The notes beneath the pieces were generated by a model. It had not been told where the DNA came from and made no database searches. It saw only the letters and a list, made by a program, of their open reading frames with translations. This document shows, in pieces, positions 23,451-33,058 of a DNA stretch of 64,000 nucleotides. Within the stretch, counting starts at the first letter, position 1. Each line of letters starts with the position of its first letter. The DNA is from Candidatus Solincola daggyaiensis (GTDB lineage Bacteria > Actinomycetota > Geothermincolia > Geothermincolales > RBG-13-55-18). A program made the position numbers and the translations under genes. The stretch lies in contig JACVJD010000002.1 of assembly GCA_015711825.1 (NCBI GenBank), positions 5,752 to 69,751 of the forward strand. Direction: 5' to 3'.

Positions 23451-24710
23451 TCAACGCAGATGCCTGCGCATGGCCTCGGCGTGATTTACAAGCCCCTCCA
23501 TTTCCGCCAGGGCTTGCACCACCGGACCTAAAGTACGATTGGCCTTGGGGTTGGAGAAGACGATGTTGGAGCGCTTGACGAAATCGTACACCCCCAGCGG
23601 GGATGCGTATCGCGCCGCTCCCCGGGTGGGAAGGACATGGTTGACGCCCATGGCATAGTCTCCTAAGGCCACCGGCGATTCCGTTCCTAAAAAAATCGAT
23701 CCCGCGTTGCTCACCTTGGGCAGAAGGGAGGGGAAGTCGGCGGTCGCAAGGAGAAGATGCTCGGGGGCAAGGTGGTTGGCCACTTTTACCCCTTCCTCAA
23801 GGCCGCTGACGATAATCGCCGCGGCCGTGCCGCCGGAAAAGGCCTCGGAGGCGTTCAGGCGATCGCTTACCTTGCGCGCCAGGCTTTCATGTGTGGTGAT
23901 AAGGCAGGCTCGCGCTCCCCCGCCATGCTCCATTTGCGCGAGCATCTCCAGGGCCACGAACTCCTCGTCGGCCTCTGCGTCGGCGATGATCACCAGTTCG
24001 CTGGGTCCCGCCAGCATATCGACGCCCACCAGGCCGAAGACCTCCTTTTTGGCCAGGGTAACGTAGATGTTGCCCGGCCCCACCACTTTCTCCACCGCGC
24101 CGATGGTTTCGGTGCCGTAGGCCATGGCCGCGATCGCCTGTGCTCCCCCCACTCGGTACACCTCCGTCACCCCCAGCAGTCTGAGCGTGAAAAGGGTGTG
24201 GGGATTCACCCCGCCGTCCCGGGACGGCGGCACGCAGACCGCGATCTCCTGCACTCCCGCGACCTTGGCGGGGATCACCGTCATCATGGCGGTGGAGGGA
24301 TACGCGGCCATACCGCCCGGAACATAGGCGCCCACGCGGCGCAGCGGCTTTAACATCTGGCCGAGACGGGCTCCTTCCTCGGAGTCCCAGAAATCGGATT
24401 CCCAGGTCTGGTGGCGGTGAAAGGCGTTTATGGACTTTGCCGCCACGCGGGCGGCCTCCGCGAAATCCCTTCCCACCGCGGAGGTTGATGCGTCTATCTC
24501 GGCCTTGGTGACGCGTAGCCCTTTCGAGGATATGTCCGCGTGATCGAGCTCCATGGTGAGCTCGATAAGCGCGGCGTCACCACCATGCCGTACCCTCTCT
24601 ATGATCGCTTTGACCTCTGCGGCCTGGTTTTCCTCCATCCAGAAAGCCCAACCCAATGCCCTCCGCAGTTCCTCCAGGCCCGCGAAGTCCTCTATCCGCA
24701 ATACCTTCAT
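23451..24710 (-). CDS. hisD: Histidinol dehydrogenase
   Basis: 419 aa; HisD motifs (GPGNIYVTLAKKEVFG, MLAGPSELVIIADAEAD). Confidence 0.9.
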   Translation of the reverse strand: MKVLRIEDFAGLEELRRALGWAFWMEENQAAEVKAIIERVRHGGDAALIELTMELDHADISSKGLRVTKAEIDASTSAVGRDFAEAARVAAKSINAFHRHQTWESDFWDSEEGARLGQMLKPLRRVGAYVPGGMAAYPSTAMMTVIPAKVAGVQEIAVCVPPSRDGGVNPHTLFTLRLLGVTEVYRVGGAQAIAAMAYGTETIGAVEKVVGPGNIYVTLAKKEVFGLVGVDMLAGPSELVIIADAEADEEFVALEMLAQMEHGGGARACLITTHESLARKVSDRLNASEAFSGGTAAAIIVSGLEEGVKVANHLAPEHLLLATADFPSLLPKVSNAGSIFLGTESPVALGDYAMGVNHVLPTRGAARYASPLGVYDFVKRSNIVFSNPKANRTLGPVVQALAEMEGLVNHAEAMRRHLR

Positions 24711-24778
24711 CTATTTGACCCCTCTATCGTCTTTTCCCTTCCCGGCTGCATCCCCTCAGACCCCTGGGGGTCGTGCTC

Positions 24779-27700
24779 CTATTCCAGGGCGATGCAGCCG
24801 TCACCCAGCAAAGAGAGCACTTCGGCATATAGGGAGCTGTCAGGATCCACGCTCAATTCCTTCGGAAGGCGGAACACCTTCAAGGCATCCCCTTCCTCCA
24901 GCTTGAGTTTAACAGGAGTCTTGCCCGGATGTCTTCCCAGCACGCGCTTGAGATCCTCCAGGGTATCCCTTTCCGCCTGGAAACGCAGCAGCCGTATGCA
25001 GAGCTCGCAGTCCTCCGGCTTGCGCAGACGAGGCTCTTTTATCTCCAGCGCCACTACTCGCACCGTGCCCCCGCTTTCCTCCTCTCTTTCCCCCGCCTCC
25101 ACCTTCGCTTTTACGCAAACGACGGCGTCTTCGCGCAATATCTCGCGGCTCTGGGCGTAAAGTGCCGGGAAAACCGTGACCTCCACCCTGCCCGTGAGGT
25201 CCTCGAGGATCAAGTTGGCCATGAGATCTCCCCGCTTGGTCACCCTGGGGGATATCTTTCCCACCAACCCCCCGATCCACTTCGTTGATCCGTCGGCGAG
25301 CTCGGGGAGATCGGCGATATCGCACTCAACGTTGCGGCTAAGCTCCTCCTTGACCTGCATGAGAGGGTGGTCGGTGACGTAGATGCCCAACATCTCTTTT
25401 TCGTACGCCAACAGCACTGCCTCGGGAAGCTCCTCCTCCACCGTTCCTTGCGCCAAGGGGTCCTCCACGTCCTCGTCTCCGAAAAGCGAGAACTGTCCCT
25501 CCTCTATGAGGCGTTGCCTCTCGGCGGCCATGTCGGCGACGCGTTCGTAGACCTTCAGGAGGTGGTTGCGGGTGTAGCCCAGGAAATCGAAGGCGCCGCT
25601 CTTGATCAGGCTTTCCAGGGCGCGTTTGTTTACCACTCCCGGACCTACCCTGGTGCAGAAGTCGAGCAGGGAACGGTAGGGCCCCTGTTCCCTGCGCAGC
25701 TCGATAATCCTCTCCGCCGCGTTATCGCCGAGGTTGCGTACTGCCGAGAGGCCGAAGCGTATCCCCTCCTCAACCGGCGTGAACTCCTTCAAGCTCTCGT
25801 TGATGTCCGGGGGGAGGATGGGTATGCCCAGCTTGCGGCACTCGTTGACGAACACCGGCACCTTGTCTTTGTTGCCGGTCACGCTGGTGAGGTTCGCGGC
25901 CATGAACTCCTTCGGGAAATGGGCTTTGAGGTAGGCGGTCTGGTAGGAGATCACGGCGTAGGCGGTGGAATGGCTTTTGTTGAAGCCGTAGAAACCGAAC
26001 TCCTTCACCAGGTCGAAGATCATCTCCGCCAGGCGGCGGTCGTAACCCATGGCCACCGCCCCCTCCACGAACTTGGTGCGGTGCACCTCCATTTCCTTGG
26101 CCTTGCTCTTGGCCACCACCCCACGCAGCACGTCCGCCTCGGCCATGCTGTACCCCGCCATCTCCACCGCCAGGCGCATGACCTGTTCCTGGTAGAGGAT
26201 GATGCCCATGGTCTCCTCCAGCACCGGCTCGAGATCGGGATGTGGATACTCCACGGGAGCGCGCTTGTGCTTGCGGTTGACGAACGTCTTCACCCATCCG
26301 CCGCGCAGGGGCCCGGGTCGGTAAAGGGCAAGGCAGGCTATGATATCGTCAAAGCAATCCGGGCGCAGTTCCTGCAGCAAAGAACGCATACCGGCGCTCT
26401 CCAGCTGGAACACCCCTACCGTATCGCCGCGCTGTAAGAGCTCGAAGGTCTTCGGGTCGTCCAAGGGCAGCTCGTCCATATTGATCCGTATGCCGTGCAC
26501 GCGCTGGATGTTGTCCAGGGTGTCGCTGATCACGGTGAGGGTGCGCAGCCCCAGGAAATCCATCTTCAATAGCCCGATCTCCTGGATGGCCGCCATATCG
26601 AACTGAGTCACCACCTCCTCGTCCGAACCCCTGCGCTGCAGGGGGGTGTAGTTACACAGCTCGTCATCGGCGATCACCACCCCGGCGGCGTGTATGGAAT
26701 CCTGGCGGGTCATGCCCTCCAGGCTGCGGGCGGTGTCGATGATCTTGCGCGCCAGCTCGTCCGATTCATAGGCCTCCCTCAGCTCCGGGGAGATGTCTAG
26801 GGCCTGGTCGATGGTTATGTTTAACACGCCTTCGGGAACCATCTTGGCCAGGCGGTCCACCTTTCCGTACTCCAGGTTGAAAACCCTGCCCGCGTCGCGT
26901 ATCGCCGCCCGGGCCGCCATGGTGGAGAAGGTGACGATCTGCGCCACGCGATCCTCGCCGTATTTGCGGCTGACGTAATCTATGACCTCCGGCCTGCGCT
27001 TGTAGCAGAAATCGATGTCGATGTCGGGCATGGTGCGGCGCGAGGGATTGAGGAAGCGCTCGAAGAGGAGGCCGTAGCGAATGGGGTCCACGGTGGTTAT
27101 CCCCAGGCAATAGGCGGTGAGAGATCCCGCCGCCGAGCCCCTTCCCGGGCCCACCACGATGCCCTTCTCCTTGGCGTAGCGGATGAAGTCCCACACTATA
27201 AGGAAATAGCCGGAGAACCCCATCTCCCGGATAACCGACAGCTCGTAGCGAAGCCGCTCCTCCAGCTCCGGGGCGACCTCTGCATAGCGCCTGTGCAGTC
27301 CCTCCCAGGCCAGCTTCTCCAGATAGCCGTCGAGGTCATACCCCTCCGGGACCTGGTACCTGGGCAGAAGATACCTGCCGAACTCCAGCTCCACGTTGCA
27401 GCGTTCGGCGATCTCCACCGTGTTCGCCAACGCCTCGGGCACGGCATCGAAGGCCTCTCTCATCTCCTCGAAATCCTTGAGGTAGAACTGGTCGCTGGAG
27501 AACCTCAGCCTGTCCTCCTGATCGAGGGTGGAGTTGGTCTGGATGCATAGCAGGACATCGTGGTGGATGCTGTCCTCTTTACGCACGTAATGGAGGTCGT
27601 TGCTTGCCACCACCCCCATCCCCAGTTCCTCGGCAAGCTGCAGCAGCCCGGGGTTTATCTTTCTCTCCTCCGGAAGACCATGGTCCATGAGCTCCAGGAA

Positions 27701-28216
27701 GAAACCCCTCTCCCCGAAGATATCCCGGTATTCGCGCGCCGCAGCCGCGGCGCCATCGTAGTCGTCGGCCAGGAGGCGCGATGAGATCTCTCCCTTGAGG
27801 CACGCCGAGAAGGCTATTATGCCCTCGCTGTGGGCGCGAAGCGCCTCCTTGTCCACGCGCGGTTTGTAGTAAAACCCGTCCATGAACGAAAGGGTGACCA
27901 GTTTCATGAGGTTGCGGTAACCGGTCATGTTCTCCGCCAGCAGAAGGAGGTGGTAGTTGGGGTCGTCCTTTATCGGCTTGCGGTCGAAGCGAGAGCCCAG
28001 GGTCAGGTAGGCCTCGACGCCGAGGATCGGCTTTAAGCCCTGTCTCACCGCCTCACGGTAGAAGGACACCACGCCGTACATTCCTCCATGGTCGGTTATG
28101 GCCAGGGCCTCGAAGCCTTTTTCCTTTGCCGAGGAAACCAGGTCCGGGATGCGTGCCGCTCCGTCCAGCATGGAGTACTCGGTATGGTTGTGCAGGTGCA
28201 CGAACGGGACTCCCAA
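24779..28216 (-). CDS. dnaE: DNA polymerase III alpha subunit (DnaE-type)
   Basis: 1145 aa; PHP domain MGVPFVHLHNHTEYSMLDGAARIPDLV, polymerase core, OB fold. Confidence 0.95.
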   Translation of the reverse strand: MGVPFVHLHNHTEYSMLDGAARIPDLVSSAKEKGFEALAITDHGGMYGVVSFYREAVRQGLKPILGVEAYLTLGSRFDRKPIKDDPNYHLLLLAENMTGYRNLMKLVTLSFMDGFYYKPRVDKEALRAHSEGIIAFSACLKGEISSRLLADDYDGAAAAAREYRDIFGERGFFLELMDHGLPEERKINPGLLQLAEELGMGVVASNDLHYVRKEDSIHHDVLLCIQTNSTLDQEDRLRFSSDQFYLKDFEEMREAFDAVPEALANTVEIAERCNVELEFGRYLLPRYQVPEGYDLDGYLEKLAWEGLHRRYAEVAPELEERLRYELSVIREMGFSGYFLIVWDFIRYAKEKGIVVGPGRGSAAGSLTAYCLGITTVDPIRYGLLFERFLNPSRRTMPDIDIDFCYKRRPEVIDYVSRKYGEDRVAQIVTFSTMAARAAIRDAGRVFNLEYGKVDRLAKMVPEGVLNITIDQALDISPELREAYESDELARKIIDTARSLEGMTRQDSIHAAGVVIADDELCNYTPLQRRGSDEEVVTQFDMAAIQEIGLLKMDFLGLRTLTVISDTLDNIQRVHGIRINMDELPLDDPKTFELLQRGDTVGVFQLESAGMRSLLQELRPDCFDDIIACLALYRPGPLRGGWVKTFVNRKHKRAPVEYPHPDLEPVLEETMGIILYQEQVMRLAVEMAGYSMAEADVLRGVVAKSKAKEMEVHRTKFVEGAVAMGYDRRLAEMIFDLVKEFGFYGFNKSHSTAYAVISYQTAYLKAHFPKEFMAANLTSVTGNKDKVPVFVNECRKLGIPILPPDINESLKEFTPVEEGIRFGLSAVRNLGDNAAERIIELRREQGPYRSLLDFCTRVGPGVVNKRALESLIKSGAFDFLGYTRNHLLKVYERVADMAAERQRLIEEGQFSLFGDEDVEDPLAQGTVEEELPEAVLLAYEKEMLGIYVTDHPLMQVKEELSRNVECDIADLPELADGSTKWIGGLVGKISPRVTKRGDLMANLILEDLTGRVEVTVFPALYAQSREILREDAVVCVKAKVEAGEREEESGGTVRVVALEIKEPRLRKPEDCELCIRLLRFQAERDTLEDLKRVLGRHPGKTPVKLKLEEGDALKVFRLPKELSVDPDSSLYAEVLSLLGDGCIALE

Positions 28217-28471
28217 GTCCTCACCTCCGCTCGCGAATTACGGCTTGCCTGACGCCGGTGCTCTTATCGGCGAGGCGACATCGTTCCCGAATGGGATTTC
28301 GCCACCCTTACAGCCGGGTCCTTTACGTCACCGGTCGGTGCTATTATAACCTCGCGTGGTGACAACCTGGGCGGTACGGTCGACGACAAGGTCGCCGTCC
28401 ATGATTGTAATCGCGATAGGGTTCGCGTCTGGATCGCCGCCCTTAGAACCGCAGGAGTGGGCGGGAGGAGG

Positions 28472-29347
28472 ATGGACATGCGCCTCAGCTACACCGCCAT
28501 AAGCGCTTACGAGCGTTGCCCTCTTTCCTATCGCTACCGTTATATCGACGGCATCGAGGAGGAGCCGAGCCCTCATCTCTCATTCGGCAGAAGCCTGCAC
28601 GCTGCCCTGGAATGGCTTTACCGGCGCGACGTTCCCGTCCCTCCCACCCTGGATGAACTCCTGGAATACCTGGTTTCCTGCTGGAGCAGCGAGGGATTCG
28701 CGGACCAGGAGGAGGAAGAGGCGTTCCTTGAGCATGCGCGCGAGGTTTTAAGCTGTTTCTACCATGTCAACATGGCCGATTTCCGACTCCCCGTGGCGTT
28801 GGAGGAGCGTTTCGAGCTGGATATGGGAGACTATGCGCTCAGCGGCGTCATCGACCGCATGGACCGCCATTCCGACGGTAGATACGAGATCATAGATTAT
28901 AAGACCAACCGCCGCCTCCCCGAGCTCTCGAGATTGCGGGAGGACCTTCAGCTGCCCATCTACCAGCTCGCCTGCAGGGAGGTATGGGGAATAACCCCGT
29001 CGAAACTTACTTTTTACTACCTCCTCCCCAACCAGCGTTTCTCCACCCGCCCACTCGACGGGGAGGGTATCGCACGCGTGAGGGAGCGCATCGACCGCGT
29101 CGCCGCCCTCATATCCCATGGCCATTTCTCCCCCACCCCGAACCGACTGTGCCCTTGGTGTTCTTACCGCGATATATGCCCGGAGTTCGGCAGGGATGAC
29201 GGGGTTGAGGGTTACCGCTCCCGCCTTCGCGCCCTCCTGAGAAGGCGGGAACGACTCAGCGAGCTCATAAGCGAGTTGGAGGCGGAGATGACCTCGCTAG
29301 GCATTGCCCCAGAAGGAGATGACGGGGAAAGGGACGGAGCCGGATGA
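28472..29347 (+). CDS. Cas4-like PD-(D/E)XK nuclease with 4-Cys cluster (RecB-family nuclease)
   Basis: N-terminal Cys (ISAYERCPLSYRYRY), D...EIIDYK motif, QLPIYQLA motif, C-terminal CPWCSYRDIC. ATG 28472 follows GGGAGGAGG directly (ATG 28478 has better spacing); ORF opens at GTG 28457. Confidence 0.75.
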   Translation: MDMRLSYTAISAYERCPLSYRYRYIDGIEEEPSPHLSFGRSLHAALEWLYRRDVPVPPTLDELLEYLVSCWSSEGFADQEEEEAFLEHAREVLSCFYHVNMADFRLPVALEERFELDMGDYALSGVIDRMDRHSDGRYEIIDYKTNRRLPELSRLREDLQLPIYQLACREVWGITPSKLTFYYLLPNQRFSTRPLDGEGIARVRERIDRVAALISHGHFSPTPNRLCPWCSYRDICPEFGRDDGVEGYRSRLRALLRRRERLSELISELEAEMTSLGIAPEGDDGERDGAG

Positions 29348-29604
29348 ACGGTGGCGCGAGAAACCAGCACTACGGCATCAGCGTAACCTTCAGGGCCTTA
29401 TTTCCCGGTCGCAGCCGTGTTGCCGCCTCGTAGCGGTTGCGTGACCTCGATCATGAAACACCTTCCCCGGCGCTGTGTATGATCGCAAGGTAAAACTCCG
29501 TCCCTTGAGCGTTATACGCAACCCGAACCGGCTGAGATAAGGTGTCCCGTAAAGCACGGGGGGATGGAAAACATGGCTTTGCAAGACAAGCCTTTATTCG
29601 CGGC

Positions 29605-30009
29605 TCACACGCACATGGGTTTGGCGCAGTGCCCATAAGCTCCCATGGCCGCCCCCGGAGAGCCGGCTTTGGCCTGCCCATCGGCACCCGCTACGCTCCG
29701 GCCTTCGGATGCCTTTTCGGGGAGCTTTTCGCTTTTATGCGAGCCGCCGGCCTCCTCGGCCCGCGCTCCGTTTTCGAGGTTTGTATGGTGGCCGTTGCCC
29801 CCTGAATATGCGGCCCTGGCTTGGTACCAGACCGCGTCTCCCTCCTTGAAACGATCCAGTATTCCCAAAACGACGAGCTTATCCAGCTGAGGCTCGACCT
29901 CTTCCTCCGCCCTCTGCAGCGCCTCCGCGACTTCCTCACAGGTACAGCTCCGTTGAGGACAGTGGTTGAAAAAGGCGATTATCTCGACCCGCACGGCTTT
30001 ACCCGACAT
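29605..30009 (-). CDS. Small winged-helix (ArsR-like) putative DNA-binding protein with low-complexity C-terminal tail; paralog of 30217..30540
   Basis: MSGKAVRVEIIAFFNHCPQRSCTCEEVAEALQRAEEEVEPQLDKLVVLGILDRFKEGDAVWYQA; strong SD GGGGAGGAGAG before ATG 30009. Confidence 0.55.
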   Translation of the reverse strand: MSGKAVRVEIIAFFNHCPQRSCTCEEVAEALQRAEEEVEPQLDKLVVLGILDRFKEGDAVWYQARAAYSGGNGHHTNLENGARAEEAGGSHKSEKLPEKASEGRSVAGADGQAKAGSPGAAMGAYGHCAKPMCV

Positions 30010-30047
30010 CTCTCCTCCCCGTTTTGGCGCGCCTTTTTATCCCGCAT

Positions 30048-30067
30048 CCATGCCATGCCATGCCATG
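30048..30067. repeat. Perfect pentanucleotide tandem repeat (CCATG)x4
   Basis: ...gcatCCATGCCATGCCATGCCATGatt... read directly; 39-58 nt upstream of the 30009 start codon, in its putative promoter. Confidence 0.8.
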
Positions 30068-30216
30068 ATTATCCTCTCCCATACGCGAAGACACAAAGAA
30101 ACTCCCCGTCAAAGGCAGCATATACGTACTGAAAGGTAACCTGTGGGGGGTGAGCGGCTGCGGCTTCGGCGTCATCTCGGTGGGGGGAATCCCCGGCTAC
30201 GATCCTTCCTTCATCC

Positions 30217-30540
30217 TTAAAGGAGTCCTATCATGCCCACGGCCGCCTCTCCCGCCTCCACATCGGGCTGATGCTCCCTTTTCCCGGCGGAAACGGGAGG
30301 CAGATAGCGGTAATAAACCTTATCCCCCCTGGAGGTTTCCTGCAATATGCGCAGTTGGACGAGTTTTTTCAGCTGCTCCTCAACCCTGGTTCGTTCGCGG
30401 CCGATGGCTTCCGCCATGTGCGAAGGGGTGCTTTCCATGCCCGGATTGCGGTGAAAATGGGTTATAAGCTCGATGCGTATGATGCTGTCGCAAGCCCCGT
30501 TAACCTCCGAGAGCGCTTTTTCGCTAAGCGGCCTGCTCAT
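30217..30540 (-). CDS. Small winged-helix (ArsR-like) putative DNA-binding protein; paralog of 29605..30009
   Basis: MSRPLSEKALSEVNGACDSIIRIELITHFHRNPGMESTPSHMAEAIGRERTRVEEQLKKLVQLRILQETSRGDKVYYRYL; ATG 30540 preceded by AAGGAGGATAT (ORF opens at 30621). Confidence 0.6.
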   Translation of the reverse strand: MSRPLSEKALSEVNGACDSIIRIELITHFHRNPGMESTPSHMAEAIGRERTRVEEQLKKLVQLRILQETSRGDKVYYRYLPPVSAGKREHQPDVEAGEAAVGMIGLL

Positions 30541-30794
30541 ATATCCTCCTTTCAATATCATTATCAACCCTTTATGGGGCGATGATGAGAACAATCCCGA
30601 AAGCGCGGCTTTTCGCGGCATAAATGGTCGAAATAAGGCGTGAACGGGAGACCTTGATCCCTTTTATCGCGGCGGAAGCGGGAGCATCCGTGGCAACGAA
30701 CACCTCGAGTAGCGGCATGCTGGCGTGTTTTTCGCGGCTTCCCTTAGCGGTCATAGGCGGCACAACGCCTTTGCGACCGGGTGATGGAAAAACA

Positions 30795-31793
30795 TCAGCC
30801 TGGTCGTTTGTCTGCTCTTGAGCTCAGGACGTCCAGAGCCGACTCCAGATCCTCCGGAAGGGGCTCCTCGAAGAGCAGCGGATTACCGCTGACGGGATGG
30901 TTGAAGGATAGTTTCCAGGCGTGCAGGAACTGGCGTTTTATGCCCAGCTCGTGCTCTAAGGGACCCCACCGGCCATACACCCGATCCCCCACCACCGGGT
31001 GGCCTATATAAGCCATGTGCACCCTGATCTGGTGTGTCCTTCCCGTCTGCAGCTCCGCCTCGATAAGCGCGGCGCGCCCGAAATCGCGCAGGACCTCGAA
31101 ATGGGTGACCGCTTCTCTTCCCGAAACCGCGTTTACCGCCATGCGCTTGCGGTTCCGTACATCCCTTCCCACGGGCGCGGACACCGTCCCCAGGCCCGTG
31201 GCTGGAACGCCGTGCACAAGCACCAGATAGTATCTGTGCAGCGTCCGTTCCTTTATCATCCTCTGCAGGATGAGATGAGCGCGGTCGTTCTTGGCCACCA
31301 CCATCAGCCCCGAGGTGTCTTTATCCAGGCGGTGCACTATGCCCGGCCTGCCGACTCCCCCCACTCCCGATAGCCCGTCCAGGGCATGCAGCAAGGCGTT
31401 GACCAGGGTGCGGTCCCGGTGACCCGCCGCAGGATGCACTACCATTCCCGCCGGTTTGCATACCACCGCCAGGTCGTCATCCTGGTATAGAACACGTACG
31501 GGTATATCCTGCGAAGCAGGTTCAGGAGGCAGGGGATCCGGTAGCAATACCTCCACCCGCTCCTCCGCACGCATGAGATGGCGTTTCGGGGCCGGAAAGC
31601 CGTCCACCAGCACCTTTCCCTCTGCTATGAGGCGCTGCGCCGCGGTGCGGGTTATCCCGGCCTGGAACGAGACGCACACGTCCAAGCGCATGCCTTCATG
31701 CTCAGGCGAGGTCTCGAATACGATACGCCTCAAGCTATCTTGCCTCCGAGAGCAAGCGCCGCCTGAAAAGCAGCACCAGGCCGGCGAGGACAA
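30795..31793 (-). CDS. rluD: 23S rRNA pseudouridine synthase, RluA/RluD family with S4 domain
   Basis: GMRLDVCVS...HRLDKDTSGLMVVAKND motif; exact start uncertain (overlaps lgt 3' end). Confidence 0.85.
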   Translation of the reverse strand: MSSPAWCCFSGGACSRRQDSLRRIVFETSPEHEGMRLDVCVSFQAGITRTAAQRLIAEGKVLVDGFPAPKRHLMRAEERVEVLLPDPLPPEPASQDIPVRVLYQDDDLAVVCKPAGMVVHPAAGHRDRTLVNALLHALDGLSGVGGVGRPGIVHRLDKDTSGLMVVAKNDRAHLILQRMIKERTLHRYYLVLVHGVPATGLGTVSAPVGRDVRNRKRMAVNAVSGREAVTHFEVLRDFGRAALIEAELQTGRTHQIRVHMAYIGHPVVGDRVYGRWGPLEHELGIKRQFLHAWKLSFNHPVSGNPLLFEEPLPEDLESALDVLSSRADKRPG

Positions 31794-32502
31794 ACCCCGC
31801 CGCGCTCAGCACCTGGAAGAAGAGGTTGCCCGACGACTTGACGTGAAAGCGGAAGAACTCGTTGATGAAGCGCACCACGGCGTAGAGCATGATGAAAGCG
31901 ATCATTATCTCGCCCCGGTAACGAAATCGCTTATGGATCGCGAGAAGGATCACGAAGATCGCGAGGTCCATGATCAGTTCGTATATCTGGGTGGGGTGAA
32001 GGGGGTTTGCCGGCATGCCCATGATCCTCTGGGTCTCTACGGGAAAGGTGACGGCCCAGGGCAGTCCGGACGACTTGCCGAAACAACACCCGTTAAGGTA
32101 GCAGCCCACCCTGGCTACCGCAAGGGAGGCGGGCACGGCCAGCCCCCCGGCGTCCATAACCTCGCCGATGGACAGGCCTCTCAGCTTGATCAAGGCCGCG
32201 GCGGCGGCCACCCCTAATATGAAACCTCCGTAGAAAACCAGTCCCTGTACGTTCCAGAATTTAAAGGCCTCCCACCACCTTGAAGAGAACTCGCTCCAGT
32301 GCCCCAGGACGTAGAATACGCGCGCCCCGATGATCCCCCCCACCGCCGCCGCCAGCACCAGCTCGAATACCACGTATGCGTCCACGAAACGGCGCCTCAG
32401 GTACCAGAAACTCACCAGCATCCCCACCATAAAGGCAAGGGCGAGAAAAAACCCGTAGGAGTGCACGGTAAGCGGACCGATTTTGAAAAGCTCGGGTTTC
32501 AA
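31735..32502 (-). CDS. lgt: Prolipoprotein diacylglyceryl transferase
   Basis: MKPELFKIGPLTVHSYGFFLALAFMVG...; Lgt signature region. Confidence 0.85.
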   Translation of the reverse strand: MKPELFKIGPLTVHSYGFFLALAFMVGMLVSFWYLRRRFVDAYVVFELVLAAAVGGIIGARVFYVLGHWSEFSSRWWEAFKFWNVQGLVFYGGFILGVAAAAALIKLRGLSIGEVMDAGGLAVPASLAVARVGCYLNGCCFGKSSGLPWAVTFPVETQRIMGMPANPLHPTQIYELIMDLAIFVILLAIHKRFRYRGEIMIAFIMLYAVVRFINEFFRFHVKSSGNLFFQVLSAAGFVLAGLVLLFRRRLLSEAR

Positions 32503-32554
32503 GCGGAGCTCCTCCCCTTTCGAGACACGTTTTACGGCAACCCCGGCCGGACGC

Positions 32555-33058
32555 TCAACCTACGCCGTCCCGGCGTGCCTTCCCCTCACCCTCGAACATC
32601 CCTTCTCTAGCCACCGCCAGCAATACCAGGCCCAATCCTATGACGATGGCGGTATCCGCCAGGTTGAAGACGGGCCAGAAACCCACGTCTATGAAATCGA
32701 CCACCGCGCCGAGGGCAATCCTGTCGATGATGTTACCCGCGGCCCCGCCTATTATCAAGCCCAGCCCGGTCTGGAAGAGAGCTCCCCCCGGCTTTCCCCA
32801 CCTCCAGAGCACCAGCAGCAACACCGCGAACACGGCGATGCTGGCCAGGAAAAGAGGCCACGACCTCCCCTGGATGATGCCGAATGCGGTGCCGGGGTTG
32901 CGCACCTGGCGCAGCCTGAGGAAAGATATGGAGACGCCTTCCTTGCCCTGGGGAATAAAGACTCTCACCATCGCTTTGCTTGCCTGGTCGATGGCCAGGG
33001 TCGCCAGGGAGGCGACCGCAAGCGTCAGCGGGAAGCCTTTTCTTCCTTTTGCTTGCAC
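32555..33058 (-). CDS. lspA: Lipoprotein signal peptidase II
   Basis: DQASK, FNLADTAIVIG, GNIIDRI motifs. ORF opens at 33130, but GTG at 33058 gives a canonical N-terminus ~24 aa before DQxSK. Confidence 0.75.
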   Translation of the reverse strand: MQAKGRKGFPLTLAVASLATLAIDQASKAMVRVFIPQGKEGVSISFLRLRQVRNPGTAFGIIQGRSWPLFLASIAVFAVLLLVLWRWGKPGGALFQTGLGLIIGGAAGNIIDRIALGAVVDFIDVGFWPVFNLADTAIVIGLGLVLLAVAREGMFEGEGKARRDGVG

